From contig CAZXAU010000005.1 of NCBI GenBank assembly GCA_964638675.1, positions 69,313-133,312 of the forward strand: a DNA stretch of 64,000 bases. The letters run 5' to 3'. The translations under genes and the position numbers were made by a program. This stretch comes from an uncultured Lachnospiraceae bacterium (GTDB lineage Bacteria; Bacillota; Clostridia; Oscillospirales; CAG-272). Under the pieces are notes generated by a model. It ran no database searches. It had not been told where the DNA came from and worked only from the letters and a program-made list of their open reading frames with translations. Below, one piece after another: positions 1 to 9,789 of this stretch (position 1 is its first letter; each line of letters opens with the position of its first letter).

Positions 1-1
1 A

Positions 2-571
2 GGAAGAACCGATTTCAATCTGTCTGATGTTTCGCTCACAATTTCGGGATATAGCGTCAAGCTTGGCAATCTCCTTTCAGATCCCGGCTCCCTCGCTACA
101 TATTTTGGAGCGGACGGTGCAGAGTATGTATATACTTTAACCGATGAAAACGGAAAAACATTTGTTCTCAGAGATCTCAGCGAATTGAGTTGTTCTGCCG
201 GTGTTCTGGTGATAAAACGCATAGAAACACTGCCTCAGCTTGAACCCGAGATACCAGATGAAACTGCCGAAAGTAGCGAAACTGCCGAAGAAGTCGAGGA
301 TACAACAGAACCCACCGAACCTGTCGAGGATACCGATGTTGAAATAATAAGCGAAAAGCTTATTAAGGTCTGCGAAATTTCGCTTGATGCAGATGAAAAT
401 TCTATTATTGATGCAATGCAAAAGAATCCGACCGAATATTTTGACAGAGACGGAAAGACGGTATTTGTATATAGAGATGCCTATAACGGTATCACACTTA
501 CATTCATTTATGACGGTGACAACAACCGACTTGATGAGATCAGTGTAAAAAGCGATATAGCCGGTATTTGA
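2..571 (+). CDS. hypothetical protein, 5'-truncated by the window edge (acidic E/T/P-rich linker)
   Basis: Frame 2 is open from nt 2 into the listed ORF 185..571, so the ATG at 185 is probably internal. Confidence 0.5.
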   Translation, partial: GRTDFNLSDVSLTISGYSVKLGNLLSDPGSLATYFGADGAEYVYTLTDENGKTFVLRDLSELSCSAGVLVIKRIETLPQLEPEIPDETAESSETAEEVEDTTEPTEPVEDTDVEIISEKLIKVCEISLDADENSIIDAMQKNPTEYFDRDGKTVFVYRDAYNGITLTFIYDGDNNRLDEISVKSDIAGI

Positions 572-621
572 TCTGATATTCGTAATTTTATCAGACAATA
601 CAAGATATAAAAATTAATATT

Positions 622-800
622 TTTAAATGAGGGAGTAGCAAACGGAAACTCCGCAGCAAGTCAACAATCTCGGCATATGCCTGGCTTGCTTTAAATTGCG
701 AGACTCATAACCTGACTGTACACGTCGTGTTATGCATGTCTTGCGTTGCAAGAATTGAAAATTATCCCGTGTCGGTTTTCGTCACGGGATTTGCAATTTA
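622..800 (+). promoter_or_regulatory. yybP-ykoY (Mn2+) riboswitch-like leader with terminator hairpin
   Basis: GAGGGAGTAGC..GTCAAC..GGCTTGC..GCGAGACTCAT resembles the conserved yybP-ykoY core (GGGGAGUAG / GUCAA / AGCAAGAC). P1 is ATGAG/CTCAT. A CCCGTG-N11-CACGGG hairpin plus T-rich tract lies at 766-795, directly upstream of mntP. Confidence 0.65.
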
Positions 801-854
801 ACATAAAAATCCAGAATTTATGTATAATATCTAAAACAGGGAGGATATTTCATC

Positions 855-1445
855 TTGTTTGACTTTGCTTTTTTTCTTAACAGTATTTTATTCGGAATAG
901 GTCTTGCCATGGATGCATTCTCGGTCTCTCTTGCAAACGGACTCGGCGAGCCTAAAATGAAAAAACCGAAAATGTGTCTTATTGCAGGAACATTCGCTTT
1001 TTTTCAGGCGTTTATGCCGCTTTTGGGATGGTTCTTTGTCCATACCATGCTTGAATACTTCAAGGTTGTCGAAAAGTTCATACCATATATTTCACTGGTT
1101 CTTCTTGTCTGGATCGGTGGAAAAATGATTTTGGAGAGTTTAGTGAATAAGGGCGAAGAGAGTAATGAATATAAAAAGCTGACATTTGCGGCGCTCGTCT
1201 TTCAGGGAATTGCAACCTCAATCGATGCCCTCTCGGTCGGATTCACGATAGCATCCCTTGACTTTCTTGCAGCTTTTGTTGAGGCAATAATAATAGCTGC
1301 TATGACATTTGTAATTTGCGTCGCCGGACTTATAATTGGAAAATTATTCGGAACAAAGCTGTCGAATAAAGCAGGTATTCTCGGAGGATGTGTACTGATA
1401 GTTATAGGAATTGAAGTGTTTTTGAAAGGAGTTTTAAATTTCTGA
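855..1445 (+). CDS. mntP: manganese efflux pump MntP (YebN family)
   Basis: N-terminus LGIGLAMDAFSVSLANGL and repeated DA(F/L)SVG motif, six TM segments. TTG start 10 nt after AGGGAGGA. Confidence 0.85.
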   Translation: MFDFAFFLNSILFGIGLAMDAFSVSLANGLGEPKMKKPKMCLIAGTFAFFQAFMPLLGWFFVHTMLEYFKVVEKFIPYISLVLLVWIGGKMILESLVNKGEESNEYKKLTFAALVFQGIATSIDALSVGFTIASLDFLAAFVEAIIIAAMTFVICVAGLIIGKLFGTKLSNKAGILGGCVLIVIGIEVFLKGVLNF

Positions 1446-1446
1446 T

Positions 1447-2508
1447 ATGTTGGTTTCGGTATTATTGTTTATTGTGGGCCTTGTGCTCCTCATTTTTGGC
1501 GGAGATTGGTTTGTTGACGGTGCTGTCGGGATTGCAAAAAAATTTCACCTGCCCGAGCTTCTTATAGGTGCTACGGTCGTGTCTATAGGTACGACTCTGC
1601 CTGAGGTTATGGTGTCGGCAAGTGCGGCTATAGGTGGAATGGGAGACACCTCATACGGAAATGCAATTGGCTCGATCATATGCAATACATCACTTATTGC
1701 GGCGATATCTATGACATTTGCTCCGGGGGGAAAAGTCAATAAAAAAACATTTCGTGCACCTATTATATTCTTATTTGCCAGTATGGCATTCTTTTGCCTT
1801 ATATCTTATACATCCGGATATTTTTCACGTGTTCACGGCATTATACTTCTCGCGGCCTTTGTAGTATATATGTTTGTAACTGTAAGGCAGGCGCTCAAAA
1901 ACAGGACAAATTCAGAGATTGCTGAGATCACTTCAGTTGAATCTATTGAACCGTCTGAAAATGACGGCAGTAAAGCAGACAATGAAGAACACAATGATGA
2001 GTCGGACAAGTTGTTGTTTGGTAAGATCAAGATAAATCCCACCATTAAAATGATATTACTGCTTGTTCTAGGTGCTGTGGCAATTGCTTTGGGGGCAAAT
2101 CTGCTTGTCGACAACGGAATTATTATTGCACAGGAGCTCGGAGTTCCCCAGACTGTTATTGCATTGACTTTTATCGCTCTCGGCACATCGCTTCCTGAGC
2201 TTGTGACAGCAATTACATCACTGATAAAGGGGCACGGCTCGCTGTCATTCGGTAATATCATCGGTGCTAATCTCTTTAATATTGTACTTGTTATGGCAGC
2301 ATCTATCGTGATAAACCCATTCGAGATGCCAAAATCTCAGCTTTTCGGAATGACTTCATCTCTGATTCTCGATATTCCTGTAATGCTTGCCGTCACATTG
2401 ATCATGGCAGTTCCTTCTTTGATCAAGGGCAAGACTTACCGCTGGCAGGGAATTGCACTGCTTTGCATTTATGCGGCATTCTGCGCTTCGCAGTTCTTTA
2501 TCAGCTGA
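1447..2508 (+). CDS. Ca2+/cation antiporter, CaCA (YrbG-like) family
   Basis: Two alpha-repeats (GATVVSIGTTLPE and ALGTSLPELVTAI). The start lies 1 nt after the mntP stop. Confidence 0.85.
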   Translation: MLVSVLLFIVGLVLLIFGGDWFVDGAVGIAKKFHLPELLIGATVVSIGTTLPEVMVSASAAIGGMGDTSYGNAIGSIICNTSLIAAISMTFAPGGKVNKKTFRAPIIFLFASMAFFCLISYTSGYFSRVHGIILLAAFVVYMFVTVRQALKNRTNSEIAEITSVESIEPSENDGSKADNEEHNDESDKLLFGKIKINPTIKMILLLVLGAVAIALGANLLVDNGIIIAQELGVPQTVIALTFIALGTSLPELVTAITSLIKGHGSLSFGNIIGANLFNIVLVMAASIVINPFEMPKSQLFGMTSSLILDIPVMLAVTLIMAVPSLIKGKTYRWQGIALLCIYAAFCASQFFIS

Positions 2509-2523
2509 ATATATTTTTCGGGA

Positions 2524-2541
2524 AGCTTTCTGTAGAAAGCT
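2524..2541. repeat. solo variant of R2 hairpin module a
   Basis: AGCTTTCTGTAGAAAGCT compared with AACTTTCTGTAGAAAGTT in the R2 copies; the change is compensatory. Confidence 0.4.
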
Positions 2542-2650
2542 CATCAGAATAATCGTTGAGATTAAAATTATATATTGTTGCTTATCTGCCTTTAAGTTTG
2601 CGGATGAGCAATACATTCATTACCCATATTGCCTTATATTTTATAACAAA

Positions 2651-2695
2651 CAGGGCTGAGTCAAAAGCTTTCGGTAAGCAAATGACTCAGCCCTG
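2651..2695. terminator. bidirectional hairpin between convergent genes
   Basis: CAGGGCTGAGTCA-N19-TGACTCAGCCCTG, a 13-bp stem. Confidence 0.6.
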
Positions 2696-2779
2696 ACAAT
2701 TTGTGTCGGTGAAAGAATTATAATACGGTATCGCTAATTATGTATAATGCAATCTGTGAAAGATCCTGTAATTCAACAG

Positions 2780-3658
2780 TTAATCTTCGTCTGCCTTGAT
2801 TCCGGTCTGATTCACAAAAGTTTCATATTCCCAGAACGGGAAGAGAAGCTCATAATCGTTGCCGTCTTTTTCAATCTCGAGAGAATAGTATGGAGCGAAA
2901 TGTACCGTTCCGTCTTTGGTTTCATATATTTTTCCGCTGTTTTTATACGAATCGGGAGATTCGTCTTTCATCCAGCAATCGACTTTGACTTTGGATCTGA
3001 TCTTATGAAGCGCCTTGACCTGTGAGAGTGGGATATCATATCTTTCAGTATTAAAACACAGGCATATTTTACTGTCTTCAATAAAAAAATCTGCTGACAA
3101 AATTGCATAATCGAATAGTTTTTTATGTGTGACCTTCATCTCGCCGTTTTTGATCTCATAGGCGAGGGACAATATATCAAACTCGACCGTTTTTCCGGGT
3201 GTTACTCCAAGCTGGGAGAGAGAGAATGTTTTTATGTTTTCAAGTTTTCTGTCAAGCTCAAGCTTTTCATCACTTTTCAGGAAGCTTTTCTCCTTTTTCA
3301 GTAAGAGGGCGAAGGATGCTATACCTGCAAATGCAAGAACTGCCGCAGCTATGAAAGCTACCGGAGCTTTTTGAAATGCTTCGCCGACAGTTATTTCTGA
3401 GCCTGATATTGCACGTATTGCTGCGGCGATAATAAGAAAGAGAGCAAAGCCGCAGAACATTACAATACCTTTCAGCACTGAAATCGGTTTTGTAAGCTTT
3501 TTCATCTGAGCAAGCAGCTCGTCGGCTGACTTATCAATATAATCTTCGGTTTCTTTATCTACACGTGCGGTTATGAAAGCCTCTCCGTCTGATACGCCTT
3601 CTTCCTGATTCAGTGTAAAGTCGGTTGCAAAAATATTTTTAGCCATAGTTATGTCCAT
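2780..3658 (-). CDS. hypothetical membrane protein (2 TM)
   Basis: The ORF 2780..3754 was trimmed because its first 32 codons lie inside repeat R1-A. The start is ATG 3658 or the in-frame ATG 3646. Confidence 0.6.
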   Translation of the reverse strand: MDITMAKNIFATDFTLNQEEGVSDGEAFITARVDKETEDYIDKSADELLAQMKKLTKPISVLKGIVMFCGFALFLIIAAAIRAISGSEITVGEAFQKAPVAFIAAAVLAFAGIASFALLLKKEKSFLKSDEKLELDRKLENIKTFSLSQLGVTPGKTVEFDILSLAYEIKNGEMKVTHKKLFDYAILSADFFIEDSKICLCFNTERYDIPLSQVKALHKIRSKVKVDCWMKDESPDSYKNSGKIYETKDGTVHFAPYYSLEIEKDGNDYELLFPFWEYETFVNQTGIKADED

Positions 3659-3779
3659 TGCTTTCGCAATGCGAAAGCTTCCTTTCTTTCCGGAATTGGG
3701 GCTGGTTTTGCAACGCCAAATCTCCGCCGTGTAAATGGCAAAGCCACAAAACACTGTCTAAAAAATATATTTTTCAGAC
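3656..3779 (-). repeat. R1 structured repeat, copy A
   Basis: Shares GTCTGAAAA-hairpin / GTTTTGTGGCTTT / GATTTGGCGTTGCAAAACCAGCCCCAATTCC / AGAAAGGAAGCTTTCGC-NNN-GCGAAAGCAATGG with the copies at 9552, 37273, 49215 and 63725. Confidence 0.85.
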
Positions 3780-3872
3780 TTTATATCCCCGTTTTATTTT
3801 TATGTTGACAGGACGTGTGATTTGTTGTAAAATGTTATTATAATAGATCATATTGAACGGAATGGATGTAAA

Positions 3873-4547
3873 ATGCAGATTGAACCGATTGCTTACATAC
3901 ATAATGATTTTAAAGAGAAATTCGGAATCCCACGTCAGAGCGGGCTTTCCGAAAATCTTTCAAAAATCGTATTTGAAAAGAAATACAGAATACCTGAGGC
4001 ACTCAGAGGAATAGATGGATTTTCTCATCTTTGGCTGATATTTGATTTTTCGGAATCACACCGTGAGAAGTTTTCTCCGACAGTACGGCCGCCGAGACTC
4101 GGGGGGAACAAACGTGTCGGAGTTTTTGCAAGCCGCTCACCCTTCAGACCAAATTCTATCGGGCTGTCTTGTGTCAAGCTTGAAAGAGTCGAAAAGACAG
4201 AAAATGAGGGAACCGTCCTGATCGTGTTGGGGGCAGATCTGCTTGATATGACACCGATATACGATATCAAGCCATATCTTTCATTTTCCGATTCTCACCC
4301 GGATGCTGTCTGCGGATATGCAGATGAATTCATAGAATATCACCTGACACTCAGTGACCCTTTAAACCTTCTCGGGATAATGCCGACAGATCTGAGACTT
4401 CGGGTAATTGAATGTCTTGAAAACGATCCGAGACCTTCATATAAAAGTAACGAAGGTGAAATATTCGGAATGAGATATTCGGGATATGACATTTCATTCA
4501 GTGTTAAAGACGGTATTCTGACCGTAAAGAATGTAAAAACAGTATAA
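3873..4547 (+). CDS. trmO: tRNA (N6-threonylcarbamoyladenosine37-N6)-methyltransferase TrmO (YaeB/TsaA family)
   Basis: IAYIHNDFKEKFGIPRQSG...FSHLWLIFDF...RPNSIGLSCVKL are typical TsaA-domain motifs. Confidence 0.85.
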   Translation: MQIEPIAYIHNDFKEKFGIPRQSGLSENLSKIVFEKKYRIPEALRGIDGFSHLWLIFDFSESHREKFSPTVRPPRLGGNKRVGVFASRSPFRPNSIGLSCVKLERVEKTENEGTVLIVLGADLLDMTPIYDIKPYLSFSDSHPDAVCGYADEFIEYHLTLSDPLNLLGIMPTDLRLRVIECLENDPRPSYKSNEGEIFGMRYSGYDISFSVKDGILTVKNVKTV

Positions 4548-4583
4548 TTAACAAATAAAGTTCTTGCTTTTTCGCGCAGGGAC

Positions 4584-5849
4584 TTATTTATTTTCGCTGT
4601 TGCAATCGCTTTTTGACTTTTCGGGTGAAGCTGTTACTTTCAGAGCACCACCGTCATCCGATTTCGGGAAATATGATTCGGTATTCGGTGACAGCCCTTT
4701 TGCCTTAAGCCTTGAATTTACTTTATCTCCGATTATTCTGTACAGAGTTGCAAAGAGCGGAACTCCGAAAAGCATACCCAGAAGTCCGAAAAGTGCACCG
4801 AACACGATCGTCGATGTAATAACCCAGACTGCCGGAATCTTTTCAAGTCTTCCGAGCAGGACAGGTCCGATGATTCTGTAATCGATCTGTTGGATTGCGA
4901 TGATTATAAGAATAACCCATATAGCCTTTGACGGCTGAGTCAGAAGTACTATGAAAACAACCGGAATCGAGCCGAATATCGGTCCGAAGAATGGAATGAA
5001 ATTTGTTATTCCCGAGATTATGGCGAGGATCGGGAAAAACTTGAGTCCAAGCGCCCAATAGGCGATATACGAAAACAGGAATACTATAAGTGAGTCGAAC
5101 AGCTTGTTTCTGATATAGTTTCCGAAATTGTAATCGGTTATGCGGTAGATCTCTCCTATACGCTCATAATGCTTTTTGTTCGTAAATGCCTTAAACAGTT
5201 TAGTGAGCAATGTATGCATTTTTTCACGGTAGGCAAGGAGATAAACTGCAAATACAAATGCGATTACTGCATTGTATACTCCGCCCGCAACTGTCGTTAT
5301 GAGATCGGCTACTATCGGGATAATATCCTGGATCCATTCATATGCCTTTTCTATTATCGCACTGTCGCCGCTCTCCGGGTCTATTCCTATAATACGCAGA
5401 ACCGAATCGTAATATTTTGACAGAACCTCATTGTTTTTGACATATCCCGTGATCATTCCGACTACATCATCGACATTCGAGAATTTTTCCGAAAACATAT
5501 TGTAGCTTTCAATGATCTGCGGAATCAATATCATGATTATCAGTGTCAGCACAAGCAGTACGCACAAAAGTACACATACAATGGACAATCCGCGGCGAAG
5601 TTTTGAATAGGTCTTGCCTTTACCGACCTTCCGGAAAACCTTGTTCTCGAACAATGTCAGAAGAGGGTTAAGCATATATGCCATTATTATTCCGCCCAGG
5701 ACCGGTGTCATTATGGAAAGAACGTTGAGGAAAAATGCATGGATCGATCCTAAGTTGATCAGAAGGAATACAAGCAGAACTACAGATGCCAGAACAAGAA
5801 AAGAATATATTGCAATTGTTTTTATTTTTTCGTTTCGTTCAAATTTCAT
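4584..5849 (-). CDS. AI-2E family transporter (UPF0118/PerM)
   Basis: Multi-TM protein with NFIPFFGPIFGSIPVVFIVLL motif. Confidence 0.85.
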   Translation of the reverse strand: MKFERNEKIKTIAIYSFLVLASVVLLVFLLINLGSIHAFFLNVLSIMTPVLGGIIMAYMLNPLLTLFENKVFRKVGKGKTYSKLRRGLSIVCVLLCVLLVLTLIIMILIPQIIESYNMFSEKFSNVDDVVGMITGYVKNNEVLSKYYDSVLRIIGIDPESGDSAIIEKAYEWIQDIIPIVADLITTVAGGVYNAVIAFVFAVYLLAYREKMHTLLTKLFKAFTNKKHYERIGEIYRITDYNFGNYIRNKLFDSLIVFLFSYIAYWALGLKFFPILAIISGITNFIPFFGPIFGSIPVVFIVLLTQPSKAIWVILIIIAIQQIDYRIIGPVLLGRLEKIPAVWVITSTIVFGALFGLLGMLFGVPLFATLYRIIGDKVNSRLKAKGLSPNTESYFPKSDDGGALKVTASPEKSKSDCNSENK

Positions 5850-5863
5850 TTTGTTCTCCTTTT

Positions 5864-7060
5864 TCAGTTTTCAGCCTTTTCACTGCTCAAAGTGTTATTA
5901 GATAGTTCGGGAGGGTTTTTGATCTTTTCTTTATTGCTCAGCCTTTTTCTGATCAGTTGACCGAGCAGTGTATAGGATGAAGCGAAGATCGGAACGCCCA
6001 GGAGCATTCCCGGAATTCCGAAAATACCGCCGAAGAGTATTGTTGATGACATGGTGAATATAGGGATCAGTCCCACCTGACCGCCTACTATCATCGGGTC
6101 AAGAATATTTCCGTCGAGCTGTTGCAGGACTAAAATAATCAGGAAAAGCAATATAAGCTTTTCGGGCTGAGCAATGAGAACAATAAGACCTGCTGGAACA
6201 GCACCGATGAACGGACCGAAGAATGGGATCATGTTCGTTACTGCCGCAATTATAGCGAGAACGGGATAGAATTTTATTCCGAAGAGCATATACACAATTG
6301 CCGAGACAATACCGACGATTATCGAATCTATGATCTTTCCACGCAGATATTTACCGAAATTGACATCGAGAAGACCTATGAATGTCGATATTCCCGAAAT
6401 TGTTTTCTTTCCGAAAAACGCATACATCATCTTCTTGACGATGGCTGACAGTTTTTCTTTATGCGCAAGAACATAAATCGAATAAATAAATCCCACAAGT
6501 ATTGCCCATACTGCATTCGCAAAGCTGACTGCGTATTTTTCAATGATCGGCATTACACTTTTGTACAGAATATCGATGATCGACTTCGATTCTTTTCTGA
6601 TGAACGACATGATGCTGTCGGAGTGATCTTTCAATATCGGCGTATCGCTGATAAATGACTCTATTGACTCCAAAGCCTTGTCTTCCGAGCCGTACTTGTC
6701 GGTGAATATGTGGAAGTTGTCGGCGACATTAGGAACAATTACAAGATAAAAACCGTACAGCATTCCGATTATCAGTGCATAGGTCAATATAAGTGACAGT
6801 ATCCTTCGTAGTCTTGAGAGCTTTTTTCCTTTTTGTATTCTTCCGAATAGTTTATTTTCAATGAATGAAAGTATCGGCGAGAGAAGATATGCAACGCACA
6901 AACCGATGACAAGTGCTGACATCGTCGAAACAATTCCCGAAAGAAATCTTGCAATATCATCTATTGAAAAGAGAAAAAGTGCAAGTAATGCGACCGCCGC
7001 AAGCACGATCACTGCCGCAAGTGCAGCATGCCTTATTGTGGATCTTTCTTTTTCGCTCAT
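5864..7060 (-). CDS. AI-2E family transporter (tandem paralog)
   Basis: NMIPFFGPFIGAVPAGLIVL motif. Lies 14 nt upstream of its paralog. Confidence 0.85.
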   Translation of the reverse strand: MSEKERSTIRHAALAAVIVLAAVALLALFLFSIDDIARFLSGIVSTMSALVIGLCVAYLLSPILSFIENKLFGRIQKGKKLSRLRRILSLILTYALIIGMLYGFYLVIVPNVADNFHIFTDKYGSEDKALESIESFISDTPILKDHSDSIMSFIRKESKSIIDILYKSVMPIIEKYAVSFANAVWAILVGFIYSIYVLAHKEKLSAIVKKMMYAFFGKKTISGISTFIGLLDVNFGKYLRGKIIDSIIVGIVSAIVYMLFGIKFYPVLAIIAAVTNMIPFFGPFIGAVPAGLIVLIAQPEKLILLFLIILVLQQLDGNILDPMIVGGQVGLIPIFTMSSTILFGGIFGIPGMLLGVPIFASSYTLLGQLIRKRLSNKEKIKNPPELSNNTLSSEKAEN

Positions 7061-7207
7061 GTCACTTATCTCCCTGTTTTTTCTTTATTTTATCTTTATT
7101 TTATAATACACTATTTTTTTGAAAGAGTCAACAGTATTTCTTGATTTTTACAAAAAAATATGCTATAATTACAGCAGAATGCAGAAAAAAGGGGTTGAAC
7201 CATAAAG

Positions 7208-8086
7208 GTGAGATATACTCAGATCAGAGGATATGCAAAGATAAATTTATTTCTTGAGGTATATGAGCAGAACGGTAACGGTTATCACGATATAGATTCT
7301 GTGATGCAGTGCGTTTCACTTCACGACAGGGTCAGGGTCGGATTTGAAGAAACATGCACTGACGGAATGAGAGAGATCAGTGTGAGATCGGGAAGTTCAA
7401 AGATACCCTGTGACGAGAGAAACACTGCATATAAAGCGGCAAAAATATTTATGGATCGATCTGGCATCTGCGGAAGGGTGGATATTTCAATTGAAAAGCT
7501 CATTCCGTTCTCGGCAGGGCTTGGCGGAGGAAGTGCAGATGCGGCGGCTGTCATTATTGCACTCAACGATCTGTGCAACACCGGGTATACGAACGAACGG
7601 CTTTGCTCTATAGGCGCGTCTGTCGGTGCCGATGTGCCGTTCTGCATCAGAAAGGGCTGTGCAATATGCAGAGGAATCGGCGAAATTTTCACACCTTGCG
7701 ACAGTCTGCCTCAAAACACACAGATAGTTATAGCAAAAGGCAGACAGGGTTCGAGTACTCCGCTGAGCTTTCGTAAGCTAGATGAAATAAAAAACAGAGA
7801 AATCATACAAAGCAGTGATGAGACAGCCGAGGCACTTCGATCGGGCGACATTGCAAAGATATCAAAAAGTCTTTATAATGCATTTGAGAAGGTCGTCCTT
7901 CCGATAAACAGGGAAGCTTCCTGTGCAAGGCGGCTCCTTGCACTTTCGGGAGCGTCGGGAGTACTTATGTCGGGCTCCGGCTCTGCAGTTTTCGGACTTT
8001 TCTGTGACGAAAAAAAAGCACAGAGTGCAAAATCTCTGCTTATTGACAGAGGATTTTCGGCATTTGTCTGTACTCCGATTCAGTGA
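7208..8086 (+). CDS. ispE: 4-diphosphocytidyl-2-C-methyl-D-erythritol kinase
   Basis: AKINLFLEV N-terminus and GHMP motif PFSAGLGGGSADAAAV. GTG start. Confidence 0.9.
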   Translation: MRYTQIRGYAKINLFLEVYEQNGNGYHDIDSVMQCVSLHDRVRVGFEETCTDGMREISVRSGSSKIPCDERNTAYKAAKIFMDRSGICGRVDISIEKLIPFSAGLGGGSADAAAVIIALNDLCNTGYTNERLCSIGASVGADVPFCIRKGCAICRGIGEIFTPCDSLPQNTQIVIAKGRQGSSTPLSFRKLDEIKNREIIQSSDETAEALRSGDIAKISKSLYNAFEKVVLPINREASCARRLLALSGASGVLMSGSGSAVFGLFCDEKKAQSAKSLLIDRGFSAFVCTPIQ

Positions 8087-8099
8087 TTGCGTAAATAAT

Positions 8100-8137
8100 T
8101 TATGGGGTAAACTTTTGGTATTAAGCTTACCCCATAA
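8100..8137. terminator. bidirectional hairpin
   Basis: TTATGGGGTAA-N16-TTACCCCATAA between convergent ispE and the ROK-like gene. Confidence 0.6.
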
Positions 8138-8162
8138 TTTGATATTTGATTCAGATATCTGA

Positions 8163-9554
8163 TTATTTAAGTTCTACAAGACTTGCAGCTGCGATAGACT
8201 GACCGACTCTGCGAAGCATTTCGCTCGGAAGCTCTACACTTACCTGATACTGAGGATAATCTTTTGCAAGAACCTCACGGCAGGTATCAAGCAAGAGGTC
8301 TCCGCCCTTTCCGGATGTAACTCTTCCCATAAGGATGAGGTGCTTGATCTCGTAGAAGTGGGCGTATGTACCGATTGCATGAGCGAGGTAAGATCCGATC
8401 GATGCAAATATCGAGAGGGCATTCTCGTCTCCTTCATTTGCAAGCTTCTGTGCAATTTTGAGCTTTTCAGCAGGTGTAAGTGATTCATCGATCTCAATTC
8501 CTGCTCTAGGTGCAAGACGTATAACGGCATCCTGCGAGAGATACTGCGTGCCGACTCCTATATCGCCTGACCACGGGTCTGCTGAAGCGCCAGGATTCAT
8601 ATCGATAGGAGCAAAAGCAAGCTCATTGAGCATACCGGTGATGTTACCGCTTTCATCTACATATCCGACAGCTTCACTTGTGCCCATTGCAAGTCCCATG
8701 ACCTTGTTGTCCTTGAGATCCATTGCGCCTGCAAGTGCGGTTACGTCTCCGTCATTTGCCACTTCAAAGGGAATGTCTTTTCCGACTGCTGCACATGCAT
8801 TGAGATATATATCCTTTACCTTTGCTTCAAAATCCTCGGGTGATACCGCCTTGAAGAGAGAAGCGAGCATTGTACGGTTATTTACATATATTCCTGCCGA
8901 TGAAATTCCGATAGCATCGACTCTCGGCATCTTCTCTTTTGCCTTGTTCATTGCCATAACGATGTTTTCGAGGTGATAATCGGGGTTCGTGTTGACCTTG
9001 GGAAGCCATACGATCTCTTCGGAATAAATTACTTCTCCGTTGACAACGGCAGAGACCTTCATATCGCTTCCGCCGGCATCAAAACCGATCCTGCAACCGT
9101 CTACAAATCCTCCGACAGACTTCGGAGCGGATTTCGCCGCCGGTCTTTCTTCGTAGGTTGTATTGATTATTTCAAAATCCGATTCATAGACGTTCGACAT
9201 TGTCTTTACATCGAAATCCTGTCTGCCGCCGATCTTGTAAAGCTCCTTGATGCCTTCATAAATTTTTGTGTTTCCGCAGATGACGACCTTGAATCCGCCT
9301 GATGCCCAGAGCATGAATTTTACAATACGCTCAACATAATTAAGATCGTTTTCATAGCTCTCTTCGTTTCCGACGATCTTTGTTTCAAAGACGCTGACAT
9401 TTTCATTTTCACGGTAAACCGCTATTGCAATTTTCTCATTTGCAATTTTTTCGTAAGCGTCGATATAGGCACCCATAGGGATAAACTCCGGCTCAAGAAC
9501 CGGCTTGCAATTGAATTCTGCTTTGATATCGTTGACTTTCATTTTTTTGACCAT
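8163..9554 (-). CDS. ROK-family (sugar kinase-like) protein with about 150-aa N-terminal extension
   Basis: ATPase motifs GFDAGGSDMKVS, ANDGDVTALAG and GLAMGTSEAVG. Either ATG 9554 (inside R1-B) or the in-frame ATG 9542 could be the start. Confidence 0.7.
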   Translation of the reverse strand: MVKKMKVNDIKAEFNCKPVLEPEFIPMGAYIDAYEKIANEKIAIAVYRENENVSVFETKIVGNEESYENDLNYVERIVKFMLWASGGFKVVICGNTKIYEGIKELYKIGGRQDFDVKTMSNVYESDFEIINTTYEERPAAKSAPKSVGGFVDGCRIGFDAGGSDMKVSAVVNGEVIYSEEIVWLPKVNTNPDYHLENIVMAMNKAKEKMPRVDAIGISSAGIYVNNRTMLASLFKAVSPEDFEAKVKDIYLNACAAVGKDIPFEVANDGDVTALAGAMDLKDNKVMGLAMGTSEAVGYVDESGNITGMLNELAFAPIDMNPGASADPWSGDIGVGTQYLSQDAVIRLAPRAGIEIDESLTPAEKLKIAQKLANEGDENALSIFASIGSYLAHAIGTYAHFYEIKHLILMGRVTSGKGGDLLLDTCREVLAKDYPQYQVSVELPSEMLRRVGQSIAAASLVELK

Positions 9555-9680
9555 GGCTTTCGCATTGCGAAAGCTTCCTTTCTTGTCTTGCGGAATTGGG
9601 GCTGGTTTTGCGGAGCAAAATCGCTGTTACTCTAACGGCGAAAGCCACAAAACGCCGTTTGAAAGATTTATCTTTCAAAC
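9552..9680 (-). repeat. R1 structured repeat, copy B
   Basis: See R1-A. This copy has the H1 variant GTTTGAAAGA/TCTTTCAAAC. Confidence 0.85.
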
Positions 9681-9789
9681 TTTTGTCCTTCCCGATAATA
9701 CAATTTTTTACCCCTGCATTATACAACAAAACTATCCTTTTTTCAATACCCAAAGTAAAAAAATCAGTGCATATCTGTAATTATTTGTT

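Noticed and set aside
137-598. A 153-aa minus-strand ORF. The same applies to large antisense ORFs such as 21370..22203 (+), 20098..20757 (+), 50217..50930 (+), 41369..42115 (+), 54904..55563 (-) and 47174..47764 (+).
   Set aside because: Each lies entirely antisense to a confidently identified gene (the partial 5' ORF, pnkp, argH, carB, the M50-like gene and argB). None has an RBS or a recognisable motif.
3659-3754. N-terminal extensions of listed ORFs reading MFCGF..., ...KLSQCESHG..., [10 protein letters not shown]... and MKGFGETFYRKFP... These affect ORFs 2780..3754, 47989..49314, 9493..9753, 39994..41079 and 54505..55698.
   Set aside because: These codons lie inside the R1 or R2 repeats. 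The same 'peptides' recur upstream of unrelated genes, and proper RBS/ATG starts exist downstream. They are repeat read-through, not coding sequence.
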